Position numbers and translations under genes: made by a program. A model generated the notes under the pieces. The model made no database searches, had not been told where the DNA came from, and saw only the letters and a list, made by a program, of their open reading frames with translations. Of a stretch of DNA of 64,000 nucleotides, positions 38,754 to 51,293 are shown piece by piece. Source of the stretch: Syncephalis fuscata S228 (Eukaryota > Fungi > Zoopagomycota); assembly GCA_025786725.1 (NCBI GenBank), contig JAHLTZ010000002.1, positions 682,001 to 746,000 of the forward strand, given 5' to 3'. The stretch's first letter is position 1. Each line of letters starts with the position of its first letter.

Positions 38754-40197
38754 CTAAGAAATCTTAATGGCACTTTCTGCTATGTAGCCACCATGATCTG
38801 GTGAGTGTGAGCCCATTCTCGCAATCTCTATAGTGAGGCATTCAAAAGTGCCCACTTGGCAAGACTCATAAACTTGTAGCATTTCGGTAGCGCGAAACGG
38901 AATACGATTTGAATATTTCTTGTTGGCAGCTTCGCTCTTTTCTGTAGCGCTTGATCGTGTTGTTGTAGTTTTGCCACGATGAGTCGTGTTGATGATAGTC
39001 AGATGTAGCTAAAACACAGTAAATAAATTATATAATTGATTATTATTATTATTATTATTATTATTATGCTACCTTTAATGGTCGATCGGCTTCAAGCAAT
39101 AGCCCAGCCTGATTAAATCGCTCCCTTAACAGTGCTAATACCATGTTAAAACATTAACAATACTCTGAGTTTGCTAAATCTTTATACTGACCACTTATTT
39201 TATCTAATCTATCACCGGAGGAATCTTTGGCTTCTACATACATGACATGTGCATTATCTGTAGTAAGTTCGATCAATAAACAGCAATAATAGTCATAATT
39301 GTAAACACTTACCAGGAGTGCCCTTCATTAACTTTAAGCCATTTATCTCCACCATTAATGGCTGATTATTTAATATCGCATCTATTTCTGTCGATAATTC
39401 CTGTAAAGTATTAATTGCCTGGTCAATTTTTTCTTTACTATCAAGTAAAAGAATGCCTAGTGTAAGGTGCAGGCGTTCTGGCTTGACAAAGATCGATTCA
39501 TCGATGCCGTTATCGTTATCGTCAAGATCATCGCTAATTTGCTCGGTAGCCACTTGAATAAGATCTTGTTGGAGCTTCGCAATCTTTTGCTGGAATAGCT
39601 TACCATGAAATGGCAAAGAAATAAAATGAGATGGACGTTGGTAAGGAGTTATCTTGATAATGATGGCTGGTTAGCTGTATGTCAACGCAAAAGTTTTTTA
39701 CCTTCTGTATAATCGCCCTCTGGGCCTTTTGAATGGCTTGTTCTGTGCCTCGTATCGCTAAATTGATATCAACAAGTTAGTCCCAAAAATAAATCCAATT
39801 TACTGCATTTTCGTACAAATATTTCTTGAAATACCGGATCTTGGTATTGTGATATTGACACGATACTCTTGTTCCAACCGACGGATCGTCTCTCCTCGAC
39901 GGCCGATAATAGAGCCAATAGAAGCCTCAGGCACGGGTACATGAATTTCTGCCTGTTGGCCACGCTCCAGTTGTATAGCTGTATTTGTAGCAAATGAACT
40001 ATTTTGCCTATGCTCTATTAACCATTAGTTGCTGTTAGTACTATATTGAATGTCGAGTATTTATGACCATAAAGCAATAGCAAGCAAGACTTACCGACGC
40101 CGTTCAAAGTTACAGTATGTAGGCGGTAATTGCGACCATTCAAGTTGCGCAAGGTAATACCTTGCATGCCTAGCCCTTGCTTGGAATTAGAACTCAT
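38754..40197 (-). CDS. ASCC1: ASCC1-like KH plus 2H-phosphoesterase (AKAP7-like) protein, multi-exon
   Basis: NLNGRNYR N-terminus, KH GxxG motif IIGRRGETIRRLE, HFISLPF, RLHLTLG and LHLTIIN 2H motifs. Confidence 0.8.
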
Positions 40198-40465
40198 TAT
40201 TATACTGCCAATTCTCCGTTGACAAAAGTAAAAAACCATGCAGTATTGTAAGCGAATAGTATACTTGAAATGATTAAGGTGGAATTTGCACTCTACTTGT
40301 TCCCACCATTTCTCTATTTCAACGCAATAAAACCAGTGTCTCATTTTTCTAGAAATAAAAGATATGATGCTCAGCTTCACTTCAACCCGCCCCCAAAAGC
40401 CATGCTTATTGCACCATATAATATGGCAAGTGAGATTTAGATGTGCAAACGTTCTTATTACACTT

Positions 40466-41531
40466 ATTGTTTTATTGATGATATTATTATATAGCTACAT
40501 TTGCTTTTATATGATTGCTTTTATTCTTTCTTTTATTCCACCTCTTAAACAATTCTCTTATTTATATTTCAATTTATTCATAGTCTTTATGTCCAATGTC
40601 ATTTAATTTATGACTTGTATATATTACATTATTTATTAATTAAATAAAGATAGTATTTTTCAAGCATTAAACAACTTACTAGTCATTTAATGTGATTTAA
40701 TGGCCAAATAACTACACTTAACAATATTTACGCATTTAAATTAAACTTTATTTCTATTGAACATGAAACTAGGAGTAATTCACATCAGGGCCCAAAATAC
40801 TCATTATCATAGATTTATTATCCAGTATACATATACACTCTATTTATTTATATCATTCTATAATATATTAGATACATTATATTGTTTATATGCTCCATTA
40901 CACTTCACGCAGTCCACTCATTGTATTATATGCACTATAACTTTGACATCGTTTTATATGCTTTCTCGCCGTATATTCACCATTTTATATATCATTATAT
41001 ACTCGCTTAATCTTTCTCTATCCAAAGCTGTATTTATTTTTGTTCTAGCTTTATTATTAAAAGTTTAGCTAATGTCGGTCATCTGCTCATGCATATATAC
41101 TCAATAACTTAAACATTGCTAGTCTCATTCCATGTTGCATATTCATTATAATGTTTATCATTTCATTATATATTGGCTATACGCTGTATATAACCGTTGT
41201 CGGTATGGTTCCAGTTCTTTTATTAATAAAAATTAACTTAGTGCACCTAGTTTGTTCACTGAGTTATATTGATAGAACAAATAATATGCATATGAACGGA
41301 GCTATGTTTTATTAAGATTATTTATAAATAAACTACAGCATGTCAATTAGTTATGATTTTACTGTTAATTAAGTAATGTGATGAGTATACATAGTAATAA
41401 CACATACTGTGATGATATACATACTGAATAATAAATCTATGATGACGAGTATTTGATGATTGATGTCACTCACCACCCATCATCAAGTTCAATAGATTGG
41501 GCGTTATTAAATATTAGTCATTTTAACCACA
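40466..41531 (+). repeat. ~1.07-kb AT-rich direct repeat, copy A
   Basis: Near-identical to 53679-54742 (offset 13213; identical spurious ORFs at 40757 and 53970). Confidence 0.95.
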
Positions 41532-41733
41532 AATCATACTAAATGGCTAATAAATTAAATTGTATAATAATGTTAAATGACACAGCATGTTATGTGATTA
41601 ACATATTTAATAAATAAATAATGCAGCGTAATTGTATTGGATGCAATTGTAGTATATCAATATTTCCAGAAATAAAAGTTGTTTTTATTTATTTAAGAAA
41701 CAGCAACAACAATATATTATTATTATTTAATTA

Positions 41734-43603
41734 TTAATTTTTGTTATCATTGTTAATAACATCCAACCATGTTTCGCGACGAATGCCACCAGAAGCTTCG
41801 GAACAAAGCAATGGAGTCACTCGTGCTTGCGTCCATGTCGACCAAACATGCTCAACTTTACAAACAGACTCTTCACCTAATGCAATGCAAAACACTGCAT
41901 CATTACCGCCAGCTAATCAAATATTAATATCAAGTAGCTAAATATTTACAATAATATTACCTCCTGGTACACCGGCCATCAATACACCTGGCACAGTTAA
42001 ACAAGCATCGAGAAGCTGTGTTTGATCGTGTGGCTCAATTGGAACATCTGCTGCATTACCCATATCACACAACAACCTGCGTATGTCCTGTTTATAATAC
42101 GAGTCAACAAACGATAACTAATGATAAATGAATTACCTGAAATGTTGTATGTACTTCAATAAGCAAATCAATGGCTATTAGTCCACTTGTAGTTGGCCAC
42201 TACACGATGTAAGCAATCACTTATTAGATGTACCGATAGCTTACTTGGTCGGCTGGCAATGACTGGCATATACTTATTGCTTGTTTGTAATCTACAGGAT
42301 TTGTTGTATACAGTTCACCGAGCCGTGCTAAAGACGACAATACAAGCTCGTTTCTACGATCCAGCTCCTTCCATAGTGCAGCCGCTGATACAAATAAGTA
42401 TATATTGAAAAATGCGCAAGTACATACCTTGTTCTGGTTCTCTTTTGCGCCAGGCCAATACTTTGCTCACCATACTTGGTGTATGTGAACCTGCATCAAC
42501 ATCAGCCATCATCAAGATAAGCGATGAAGGCAAACGGAATGGAGTTACGCTACTGTTCCATCTAATACATTGGATAGTGTTAAACAGTGTGTATATTGAC
42601 CCTATATACCTACTGCTGTTGCTGCTTACTCGATACTAAGGCAAATATCGAAGCTTGCTGCTGTTGTTCGTCAGACTGTAATAACATTAGTAATGGCCAT
42701 CAACTATTTATAGTCGCTTACTGCAAGAAATGCGTTCAATACATTGGGCGAGAATCGCCGATAGGCATGTCCAGCAGTAACAGCCGATGACACGTCGAAT
42801 CCCGAACCTATTTTGCCTTGGGCATAACAATGACATGCCTGTGCAAGATTGTGAATAATATTGCGTCCATGTTCATTATCTGGTTCACAAACACCAAGAA
42901 ATGCTAACACAGCAGCCACTAGCGATGTGGTAAGAGCGGCTGAGCTGCCCAATCCTGTCTTGTGCACTTCGCGCAACAGTCTATCCGTTGGACAAAAACG
43001 CGGTAAAGCCGCCAATCCATCACGCGATACCGACAAGTGTCTTGTCGCCAACTTTCGGTGATATTAAGTATGTTATAGTATAATAAACCATTATTTTACC
43101 TGATCACGTTGTGAATAAAAATCATTATCGCCAAGCATAATGATTTCAATGATGCTTGATGGCAGTCGGCCGAGCCATTGTTCCGTCCCGATAGCATGCT
43201 CAGCATAAGCCAATGTTAGGCGGAGAGCAGCCGCAACAAATGGATTTTTACCAGCAGTATAACCATGCTGTCTATAATTCGAGTATTAAGTCGTGTAGTA
43301 GCGCTACTTTGGCACTACTTACTCAGAGATATCCACAAGATCCCAGCTTGTATTCGACGTGGATTGCCACTGAATAGCATAGATCCAGCAGGCGTCGGTG
43401 AATTGCGGTGCCTTGACACGTAGTAATCTATTGATAGGCTGCAAAGCAGAGCTGGTGACATTTTGTTCAGTAGTAGCTTGGATAGCTGCATAAAAGCGCG
43501 CATCTGTACCAAGGACCAAGCCACGATAGGCAGGGTCCAGTACAAGATAGCCGCCAGTAATAAGCACTTTACCAGGCGCAGAAACAACACACGGTGCACT
43601 CAT
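41734..43603 (-). CDS. ERG8: Phosphomevalonate kinase, multi-exon
   Basis: SAPGKVLITGGYLVLD, NDFYSQ, KTGLGSSAALTTSLV, HCYAQGKIGSGFDVSSAV, VPIEP, GVPG-AGGNDAVF. Confidence 0.95.
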
Positions 43604-43691
43604 TGCTGCAGCAGTAGCAATAACACGAATGTTAAGGCGGAGAAAGACGATGTGAATACACGAGAATAAAGACTATTTATTAAACAGCGTT

Positions 43692-44252
43692 TTATGTTTC
43701 TACAGAGTGAGCGCGTACACCAACAAAGCCTTTACCAGGCAAAATGCCACCGATATAAATCCAAGCATCGGCTGCACGACCAACACGCCATGCCTTTAGC
43801 GGTGTCGTGCCTAGAATGTCGGCAAACACTTGAGGCAGAGCAGTCCAACGAACCACATCGTTTGCAAGTCCTACACTGGCTGCTGCATTCTTTGCATTGG
43901 CAATGAACTCTTTAACATCAATTAAAACACACTCTTCGTGCTCTGCACCAAGTAGCTCTGCAAACTGCTGGTCAGTTAGAGAAGTAGCCTCAAACGCTGG
44001 CGCTGGAATATGCACAACCGAAAGGTCTGATTCGGTTTCACTTATTAGACAAAGTCCTGAAGCTGCCGTATTAAGACGCTGCTGTGCTGCTGATAACGCT
44101 GCATCTGTTGGCTCGTCGGTAAGTGCCTTGGTATGTGGAGCTACCTCGTCAGTATTGACTGAGGCCGTTCCAGCTGATTGAAGTGGCGCATTTGCTTGCT
44201 GTAAAAAGCGTAGATAGGCGTCGTCGCCACCGTTGCTACTTGCAGCTGCCAT
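43692..44252 (-). CDS. Nuclease A inhibitor (NuiA)-family protein, intronless (likely ATG at 44252; ORF open to 44429)
   Basis: AASGLCLISETESDL and the terminal AWRVG...IYIGG...FVGVRAHSVET* match the NuiA pattern (GLL..SESDYP ... VYRVG...VYIVG...G..T..VET). Confidence 0.75.
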   Translation of the reverse strand: MAAASSNGGDDAYLRFLQQANAPLQSAGTASVNTDEVAPHTKALTDEPTDAALSAAQQRLNTAASGLCLISETESDLSVVHIPAPAFEATSLTDQQFAELLGAEHEECVLIDVKEFIANAKNAAASVGLANDVVRWTALPQVFADILGTTPLKAWRVGRAADAWIYIGGILPGKGFVGVRAHSVET

Positions 44253-44580
44253 GGAAAGTCGTGTAGACGATACAAACGGACGACGAATGTGAGGCTGAAA
44301 ACGTGTTGTTACAATAGCTATGACTGCACTAGCAGCAGGAATAACAACAAGAGGATAGCTGGCAGGTAGGGAAAATAGGCGTCTGTTCAGACTGGAAAAA
44401 GAATAAAGTAAACGCTGGCGTGATGACATAGTGAAAGAAAAGCAAATAGCATGTAGCAGACACTGGTTTCATTCGTAAGTAAGCATCGTTTAATAATAAT
44501 AAATTTTATTTTCATAAACAAGTGCAGTGTTTTACGCTATTCAAAATACAATAGAAAGGTATGTAGCCTATCCTAATACC

Positions 44581-44706
44581 AAAAAGCAGCCTCAGTCGCA
44601 TATTGCGTCGGCGCCTTCAGCGAAGGTGGCGTATTGATCTTCCTCAGACGCGAGAGTCGTTAAGGCCATAGGCTGTCCCGTTGCCAGAACGACAACGGTG
44701 CAGCGG
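44581..44706. ncRNA. Candidate structured small RNA (multi-hairpin, closed by cagcct/aggctg; T5 run on minus strand)
   Basis: GC-rich island with a terminal stem and three internal hairpins. Minus strand has A-box-like TGGCCTTAACG and B-box-like GATCAATAC. Confidence 0.3.
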
Positions 44707-44967
44707 CACAAAACAAGCAGTAGAGCGTAGAGGAGTTGTACACTTATACAACAAACGAGTAAGTATGTGGTGTAAAAGATTTATTGAAGAAAGAGTGAAG
44801 AAAAAACGCAAAAACCAAAAGCTGGCGATTAAAAAGGCAGGGGCTGTCGTAAATGTTGCACGCGCATATTCAATTGGATGATTGGTCCAGCCTTTTACAG
44901 TCCAATCCCACTAGAGATTAGTGTGCCATAAAGGGACGCGCGTAACGGCAGCCGATAGAGCAGGGTA

Positions 44968-45154
44968 ATCCTCTCTAGCCATTGGCTTAGATCAAGTGTA
45001 GTATCTGTTCTTATCAGTTTGATTGCTGATATCTCTCCAACGGAGAGAAGTAATCAGACCGATTTTTGGGAAGGTCGGCAGTTGCAGTTGCTTGCAACGG
45101 ACTGTCGGACGGTGCGCCGGTCTTTTCACCTTCGACCGTGTGCGCCGAACCGCC
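44968..45154 (+). ncRNA. U2: U2 spliceosomal snRNA
   Basis: GGCTTAGATCAAGTGTAGTATCTGTTCTTATCAG branch-site recognition region, stems IIa/IIb, Sm site GATTTTTGG, 3' stems III/IV, length ~187 nt. Confidence 0.95.
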
Positions 45155-45479
45155 TTTTTATTCTAATAAAAAATAATACAAATACAAGCAAGCCGTTCTA
45201 TACTCTCCTAGTCTTGCTCTATCTAAACTGTTTTTATTTTTGTTTTAGCTTTATTCTTAACAAATGTCAACTAATTTCGCTTGTTGACCATGTATATATA
45301 TATGTTTATCAACACTGCTAATCGTCACTCATATTGTATGTTCATTTTATTATTATTTTATTGTCTAGTAAATACGCGCTATCTAGAAACATTGTTTGCT
45401 CGACTCTAGCGCTATTTTTTAATAAACTGACATATTGCGTTCGTTTTGCTCATTAAACTCTATATACTTGAAACCTATA

Positions 45480-45700
45480 ACAAATAACATATATCCAATA
45501 TGGCATAGAATGATATATGATAATATTAAGGTACAATGAAAATAATATCATAAATAGAGGATATATGAATACTAAATAATACATTATGAGGAGTATTTTA
45601 ATGGTTAATGTCACTTATCATACAACTCCTTCAATAGAAATAATTCTACTTCAACTAAGCGATTATTATTAAATGTAGCCATTTAGTATCAAATATCTGA
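45480..45700 (+). repeat. Degenerate copy of the AT-rich repeat unit found within the 1.07-kb direct repeat
   Basis: atagaatgatata...aaatagag...gagtatttt...atgtcact...ttcaatagaaataa motifs in the same order as in 41400-41530 and the reverse complement of 40700-40870. Confidence 0.55.
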
Positions 45701-46222
45701 CATGTGTGTTATTTAGCATTATTATACATGCTATTTTTATGCATAATTTATTGACAAATTTTATAAACTTCTAAATTAGAGATTCAATAACGCACAATGC
45801 ACACATATATCAGTATAATAACATTAACATAATTAAAGACGATGATTAACTAAATAAACCATTAGTTTATTGTCAAAATAGATGTGTAATTTTAATTGTA
45901 TTAAATATAACTAGCTGCTATATTAGCACATTTAAAAAAAGCATATTTGATTAATAAAAAAGATAATATTATACTAATATTAATGCAGAACAGCATTACT
46001 ATCATAGATGGTATGGAATGGTGGATATATTGTAAATGGAGCGTTGGTCCAAAGGTTCAAGGCCTTAAAGGTTGCACAATATATATGTTACTCAAATACA
46101 TGTTTTGCATATGTTCATTATGAATATGCGTTATGATTGTCTATTTTAATAAAGCATGTTAGCATGAATAGCTATTAACAATTCAGTTGCTATTCTTTTC
46201 TTGTCTTGATTAGTTGTACACG

Positions 46223-47640
46223 ATGGACCATATTCCTATACTTGTTATTGGACGTGTTGCTGTATTATCCGACAACAACACGCTTATTTCGCTATCGCGC
46301 TGTAATAAATGGCTGTGGCACTGTGTTAGTCAGCAAAATAATTCTTGCATCAGCGATATAAACAGTATTATAATCTTGCTGACGACAACGAAACAAGGTG
46401 GCTGGCCTGGTATATGAAGACTGTACGCGTGTCAAAGCTGTTGGCATTACAGACCAAAAAAAACAACCAACATTGTTCAATCAAATAACCAGCATATCCA
46501 ATGGTTTCATGCATTTTGCTACCGACGCGCTATTGATGCAAACTGGCTTAAAGACGAACCATATCCAGTCAAGAATATAATGGAAAATGAATCATACAAT
46601 GGTCGTCTATTGTATTGCAGCGAATTGTTCATTATCATGCTGATATGCGGAAATGTTTTATCGCTGAGCAATGTCAACCACTAGAAGAAGCATCCACTAA
46701 GCAATTTTGGCACTTGCGTAGATTATTTTGAGATAATGTGGCTATAAGTATCACGCAAACAATGTCTATATCAGATAAATTTGTGGTGAATATTACAAAC
46801 AAACAATAGTGCAGATTTATTAACGTAAACCATGCATTATTTCCATTTGGCCACTGCATCTAGTTTCAACTATGCGACCACGTCGTTTTCCTGCTTATGC
46901 GATAATGCAAGCATTCGTGGCCGCTGGATGATGATAAATTATTTGGAACCAGCACTCAAAGATATGGGTAAATTTAGTGTGCTAATAACTCGCGTTTTCG
47001 ATCTTGCAAATGGGCAAAGATGCATGGGTGCTATTACAACTCATTATGGTGAAGCCTTTTTATTGAGAGTTACTGAAGAAACAGCAACTATATTTATTAA
47101 ATCATTACATTACTCATATACCACTATTACAGTCAAATGGAATGTATGGGAGTTTTCAAATTGCCATCTAGGATATGGTCCACGCTGTCTAATGCAAGGA
47201 GAAATACGTTTTAAGAAATATGAAGGATATGTAGTTTTTGTTAAAAAACTAGATGATAATCGAGTTTTAATTGAACATAATTTCCCGTTTAATGCCAATA
47301 TGTTGAACGAACATAGAGGAAATGAAACAGGCTTGGCCATGATTTCGACGAAATGCAGCTACTCAAACGTTTGCATTAAAGACGTAAAGCCCATTTGGAC
47401 ATATAACAATTATTTTTATACTACAGTGCCACTATTTAGTTCTAACCGCATCCTTGTTATATCCGAGTGGGAATAGACAATTCACAGCATAATCGATGGC
47501 GCTATACTAGCACACACTGATGTAGAAACTTTAGCCTTATTGGTTGAAAATTCTTACATGCTAGCTATGAACGAATGTGCTAAGCTTCATTTATTATTAC
47601 TATCAGAGCTCCAGCATTGCTATAAATACGTAGTAATGTT
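46223..47640 (+). pseudogene. F-box-like protein pseudogene (lineage-expanded family), multiple frameshifts and stops
   Basis: MDHIPILVIGRVAVLSDNNTLISLSRCNKWLWHCVSQQN is F-box-like; fragmented ORFs 46214, 46398, 46832. Confidence 0.55.
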
Positions 47641-47929
47641 ACATAATAATAAAAACAGCCTTTTTTACTCCAATTTTAATTAGCTTTATGACCAAAACCT
47701 GCACAGTTGAGAATTTGTTATAGATTTACTGATTCAAGCCATCTTTAAATATTAAATCCATAATGATATTAATACTATACTTTATTGCATTAATATTTCA
47801 CTATTTGGCTAAGCCACTATCTTTATTTTCTCTCCTTTCTTTGTTGCTTTGTCACTGCTCACAATTTTTTATTCTTAAAAATGTAATATTATAGCTATAA
47901 TACTCTACGATTAGCAATACAACAGCAGC

Positions 47930-48330
47930 AACAGCAGCCATATGAAACCAAGCTTATTTGGATTCCTATAAGAGAGCAGAAATACCAACACGGTAAGCAA
48001 TGTTGTTTTATATGACTTTTTGTTTACCAAATCATTTATTATCTAGATACTAGTGTCAAGGAAATGCCATTAATACTTGCTTACGGCCTACCACCAGTAA
48101 TATCTATTATCACTAAATGGTGGCAAAGGCAATTTAACTGTAGTATTCAGTTACGTAATTGGGATCATTGGGAATTATCTGAAATATTTAAAGACTGGGC
48201 CAATCTTATATTGACCCATACAAGTAAGTATGGTTGTGATTTATTGCATTCTATTAATGTGTTATAGCGCATGCCTACAAATTATGGTAAACTATTACTT
48301 TATATACTTAATTAAATGGTATTTCTTTTT
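47930..48330 (+). pseudogene. Fragment resembling kinetochore CENP-L/Fta1
   Basis: MPLILAYGLPPVISIITKWWQRQFNCSI...W is flanked by GT-AG introns; no intact start or end seen. Confidence 0.35.
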
Positions 48331-48604
48331 ATCGACCATACCAATAACTTGAATGCATTAAGAAAAGATTAATATAATAAATTTTAAATTAGGTGAAGAG
48401 TCTGCCTATAAAGTCAAGCATATTTGATCGATATGGGCGCAGGAACGAGTGGCTCCGTTGCTTTGTTCCAATGCTTCTGATGGCATTCGTCGCAAAACAT
48501 GTTTGGTCAATAATAACAATAATAATAACTAAATAATGTTTCAAGTATTTAAACGATTGTTTATTGATTTTAAATATCAGTAAAGTTTACACAAATAATT
48601 GCCA

Positions 48605-50824
48605 TTAAGCAGACGATGTACTTGTACTTAGAATCTCTTGCACTTTGTCATCTTCCCATTCTGTATCATGTTCACCACGATACAAAATAACATTTGGAAC
48701 ACACAAATAAATATACTATAAATAAAGTAAAATTAATATGGCATTTAATAACTATGCTGAAATAACTTACATCTCGATAAAGACCTTCCATTTTCATTTT
48801 AATGAAACATTTGAGCTCAACACGAGGTTTTGTAAAGAAGCGATAAAGGCCGGAATCTGCTGGTACATTCCGACATAAATTGTCTCGCACTATTTGCCAG
48901 CCTTTACCGCTGTAATGCAAATCCAATGCTCTTATTAATGACTGTAAATGGCATTGAATAGCTGTGTGGTAAATCAAGTCATATACCTAAGCGATAAATG
49001 TTAATACTATAAATCATTACTATGCTATTAAGCTTACTTCATCCAGTGTATGTGCAATACAGCAACTGTCTGGAAGGACATCCAGTTCCTCGCCTACTGT
49101 ACGTTTTAGTGTTTCTTGATGGCCTTTTACACCACCAAAATCACGGATAGCAAAGCCAAGTAATTCGCCAGTTTGTTTGTCAAAACGAGCTAGCGTATTT
49201 TGGCCGTGAGCCTCAAAAGCAAAACCATACTTATGAGCAGGTGTCAAAAATGCTTTTAGATAAAGCGCGGCATATCTATTAGGAATAAAACATGAATACC
49301 ATAAACCACAATGTCTATAATGGCTTACCGTTCAAAGAAAGCTACACATTTAGCTTCAGTATCAAGATTAAAAGCACTCAAAACAAAGGGTGTTCCATGC
49401 GCGTTGCGCTCAACAAGCGCTGCACAAACAATAGACTGTTCATTTTCGGCTGTCTTTTGCACGGCTTCCTCACGAATGATACAGCTAAGATGTTTGGCCA
49501 CATCGGTATCGGGATGTTTAACTACTGCACTTGCCACTTCCTTTAACACTTTAAGTGTATCAGTATTGTCGGCCACCAGCTTATCGACCAGCTTTAGCAT
49601 GCCAGGCCCCATATGTGTTGACCAAGGAGTAATGGTACGCAATGCCGATGTTACCTTGATACCAAGGCATAGCTTGATCGCCCATTCTGGATGTTCAGCT
49701 GGCACGACCGTACGCAACGAGGCCTGCGCTTTAGCTGGCAATACACCCGGTAGCAATTTAGCTTGTGGGAAGCGAGCGAATACATTGGGTAGCTGACGTG
49801 GATGTACCGGCAAAATAGCATAATTCTTTGTATTAGGCATTGCCACGCGCGTCTCTTTGGGGATAAATTGCTCAATGTAGCGATCATATTCACCACGCAA
49901 TATGACGTCACCACGAGGCAGGTATACAAAACATACGTCAGGCGAACTAAGATCGGCACCGGTTGGAATGGCCTCAAGTGGCGGCAATGCAAAACGGGCC
50001 TTATGCATCTATTAAAATCGTCAGTGTGCTTTTCTTTCTATTAAGTATTGTTTGTTTGCTATTTACCGGATGTGTAGCATGTCCTTCAACAATGCTTTGC
50101 TCCCATTGAATCGGTGCTGATGCCAAATTTGGCGTGCTATTTCGATGCTCAAATGCATAGGCCACTTGCTCCATAGAACTGCTTAGTTCTCCACACAATT
50201 CTGCGGCAGTTTCTTTAGAAATGTTTTGCCAACGGCCTACAGACTGCATCAAATTGCAGGGATTAATAGAGCGGATCATTGGCACTGACTGGCCATTTAA
50301 ATTCTAATGATTATTATTGGCACCGTTAATCATTATTTAAGTATTCATTTTAAACCTACCTCACTCAGTAGGAAAAAGACTTCCGATTCATCTTGATTCG
50401 TGGTAGTATAGTCGTTTGAAAGAACGACAAATGCCGTCGTATCAATATCCTCTGGGTGAAGAAATGATACATATGGCAAACATTTATCTTGTTGTTTATT
50501 CGTAATGGGTCGATGGCAAAGTGGCACTAAAAAATCACCAGCCATGACTGCCAACGATGTCGCTTCACCTTTTTGACGAGAAGCACGTAGCCAGCACCAA
50601 AGACCCAGTGGCGATTGTTTATCAAGTCGAGCGGTAATTAAACGACATTCGGCCAATTGTTCATTAATAATACAGCTAAATAGACGGGAGAAAGTAGCAT
50701 GGGATGCTTGATGGTTAACGCTGTAGAAGCGGCCTGGTACAATGGGCTTTGTAGGGTTTTTAGCCATTGTATCGCGCGTAATTGACTTGTTAACCGACTG
50801 AGCAAGCGTAGGCATGGGCGCCAT
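48605..50824 (-). CDS. rfs: NRPS-independent siderophore (IucA/IucC family) synthetase, rhizoferrin-synthetase-like, multi-exon
   Basis: WEQSIVEGHATHP-MHKAR, LPVHPRQ, AQASLRTVVP, IKLCLGIKVTSALRTITPWS, FEAHGQNTLARF, IRDFGG, LKCFIKMKM. Confidence 0.92.
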
Positions 50825-51293
50825 TTTAGCGAATAAAATAGAACGAATAGAAGATTGACGTAAAAGGCTAGAGACACGATGTGCTAAAAAGGCGCTAGTA
50901 TAACCGCTATCTGATGAATAGGAAGTTGTAGTAATTATAGAACTGAATCGGCTGGGATTTCGACATTTATATAGACTAGACCAATGTTTTTGCTTGGTTG
51001 TCCCAGATTGGAAAAACAAAAAAAAACAGAGGCGAGTATGCCGATGATAGCTCTGTGAATAGGCAAGAGAACTGCAACAGAACGGCATCCTGTAGTAGCA
51101 TAATTTGCGCAAAGAAAACGAAGTCAGTGCCAAAGTTGTTCTGCCATACGACTATCTCGGCATTCCCGTTACACTTACTCTAGTTCCCCTTTTGAACGGA
51201 AACGTTCGGTGTATATGGCCGATAACAAGGACCCCTTTCTCTTATCTACTCATAAGCTAGCCAGTAGTCAGTCAAGGAGGAGGAAAACAGCTC

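Noticed and set aside
40757-41068. 103-aa ORF duplicated at 53970-54281
   Set aside because: Non-ATG start, AT-driven I/Y/L/F composition, lies in a repeat; not credible as a protein
41376-41428. Box C (GTGATGA) ... box D (CTGA) snoRNA-like arrangement
   Set aside because: Too short, explained by a local tandem duplication, no recognisable rRNA antisense element
44630-44680. HDV-like ribozyme or TPP riboswitch reading of the structured island
   Set aside because: L3 loop is one base short and there is no P2; the TPP 3' half is absent
41734-50824. ERG8 plus siderophore synthetase as a biosynthetic cluster
   Set aside because: Mevalonate feeds fusarinine-type NRPS siderophores, whereas rhizoferrin-type NIS uses citrate and a diamine. 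No transporter or decarboxylase is present, so the linkage is probably incidental.
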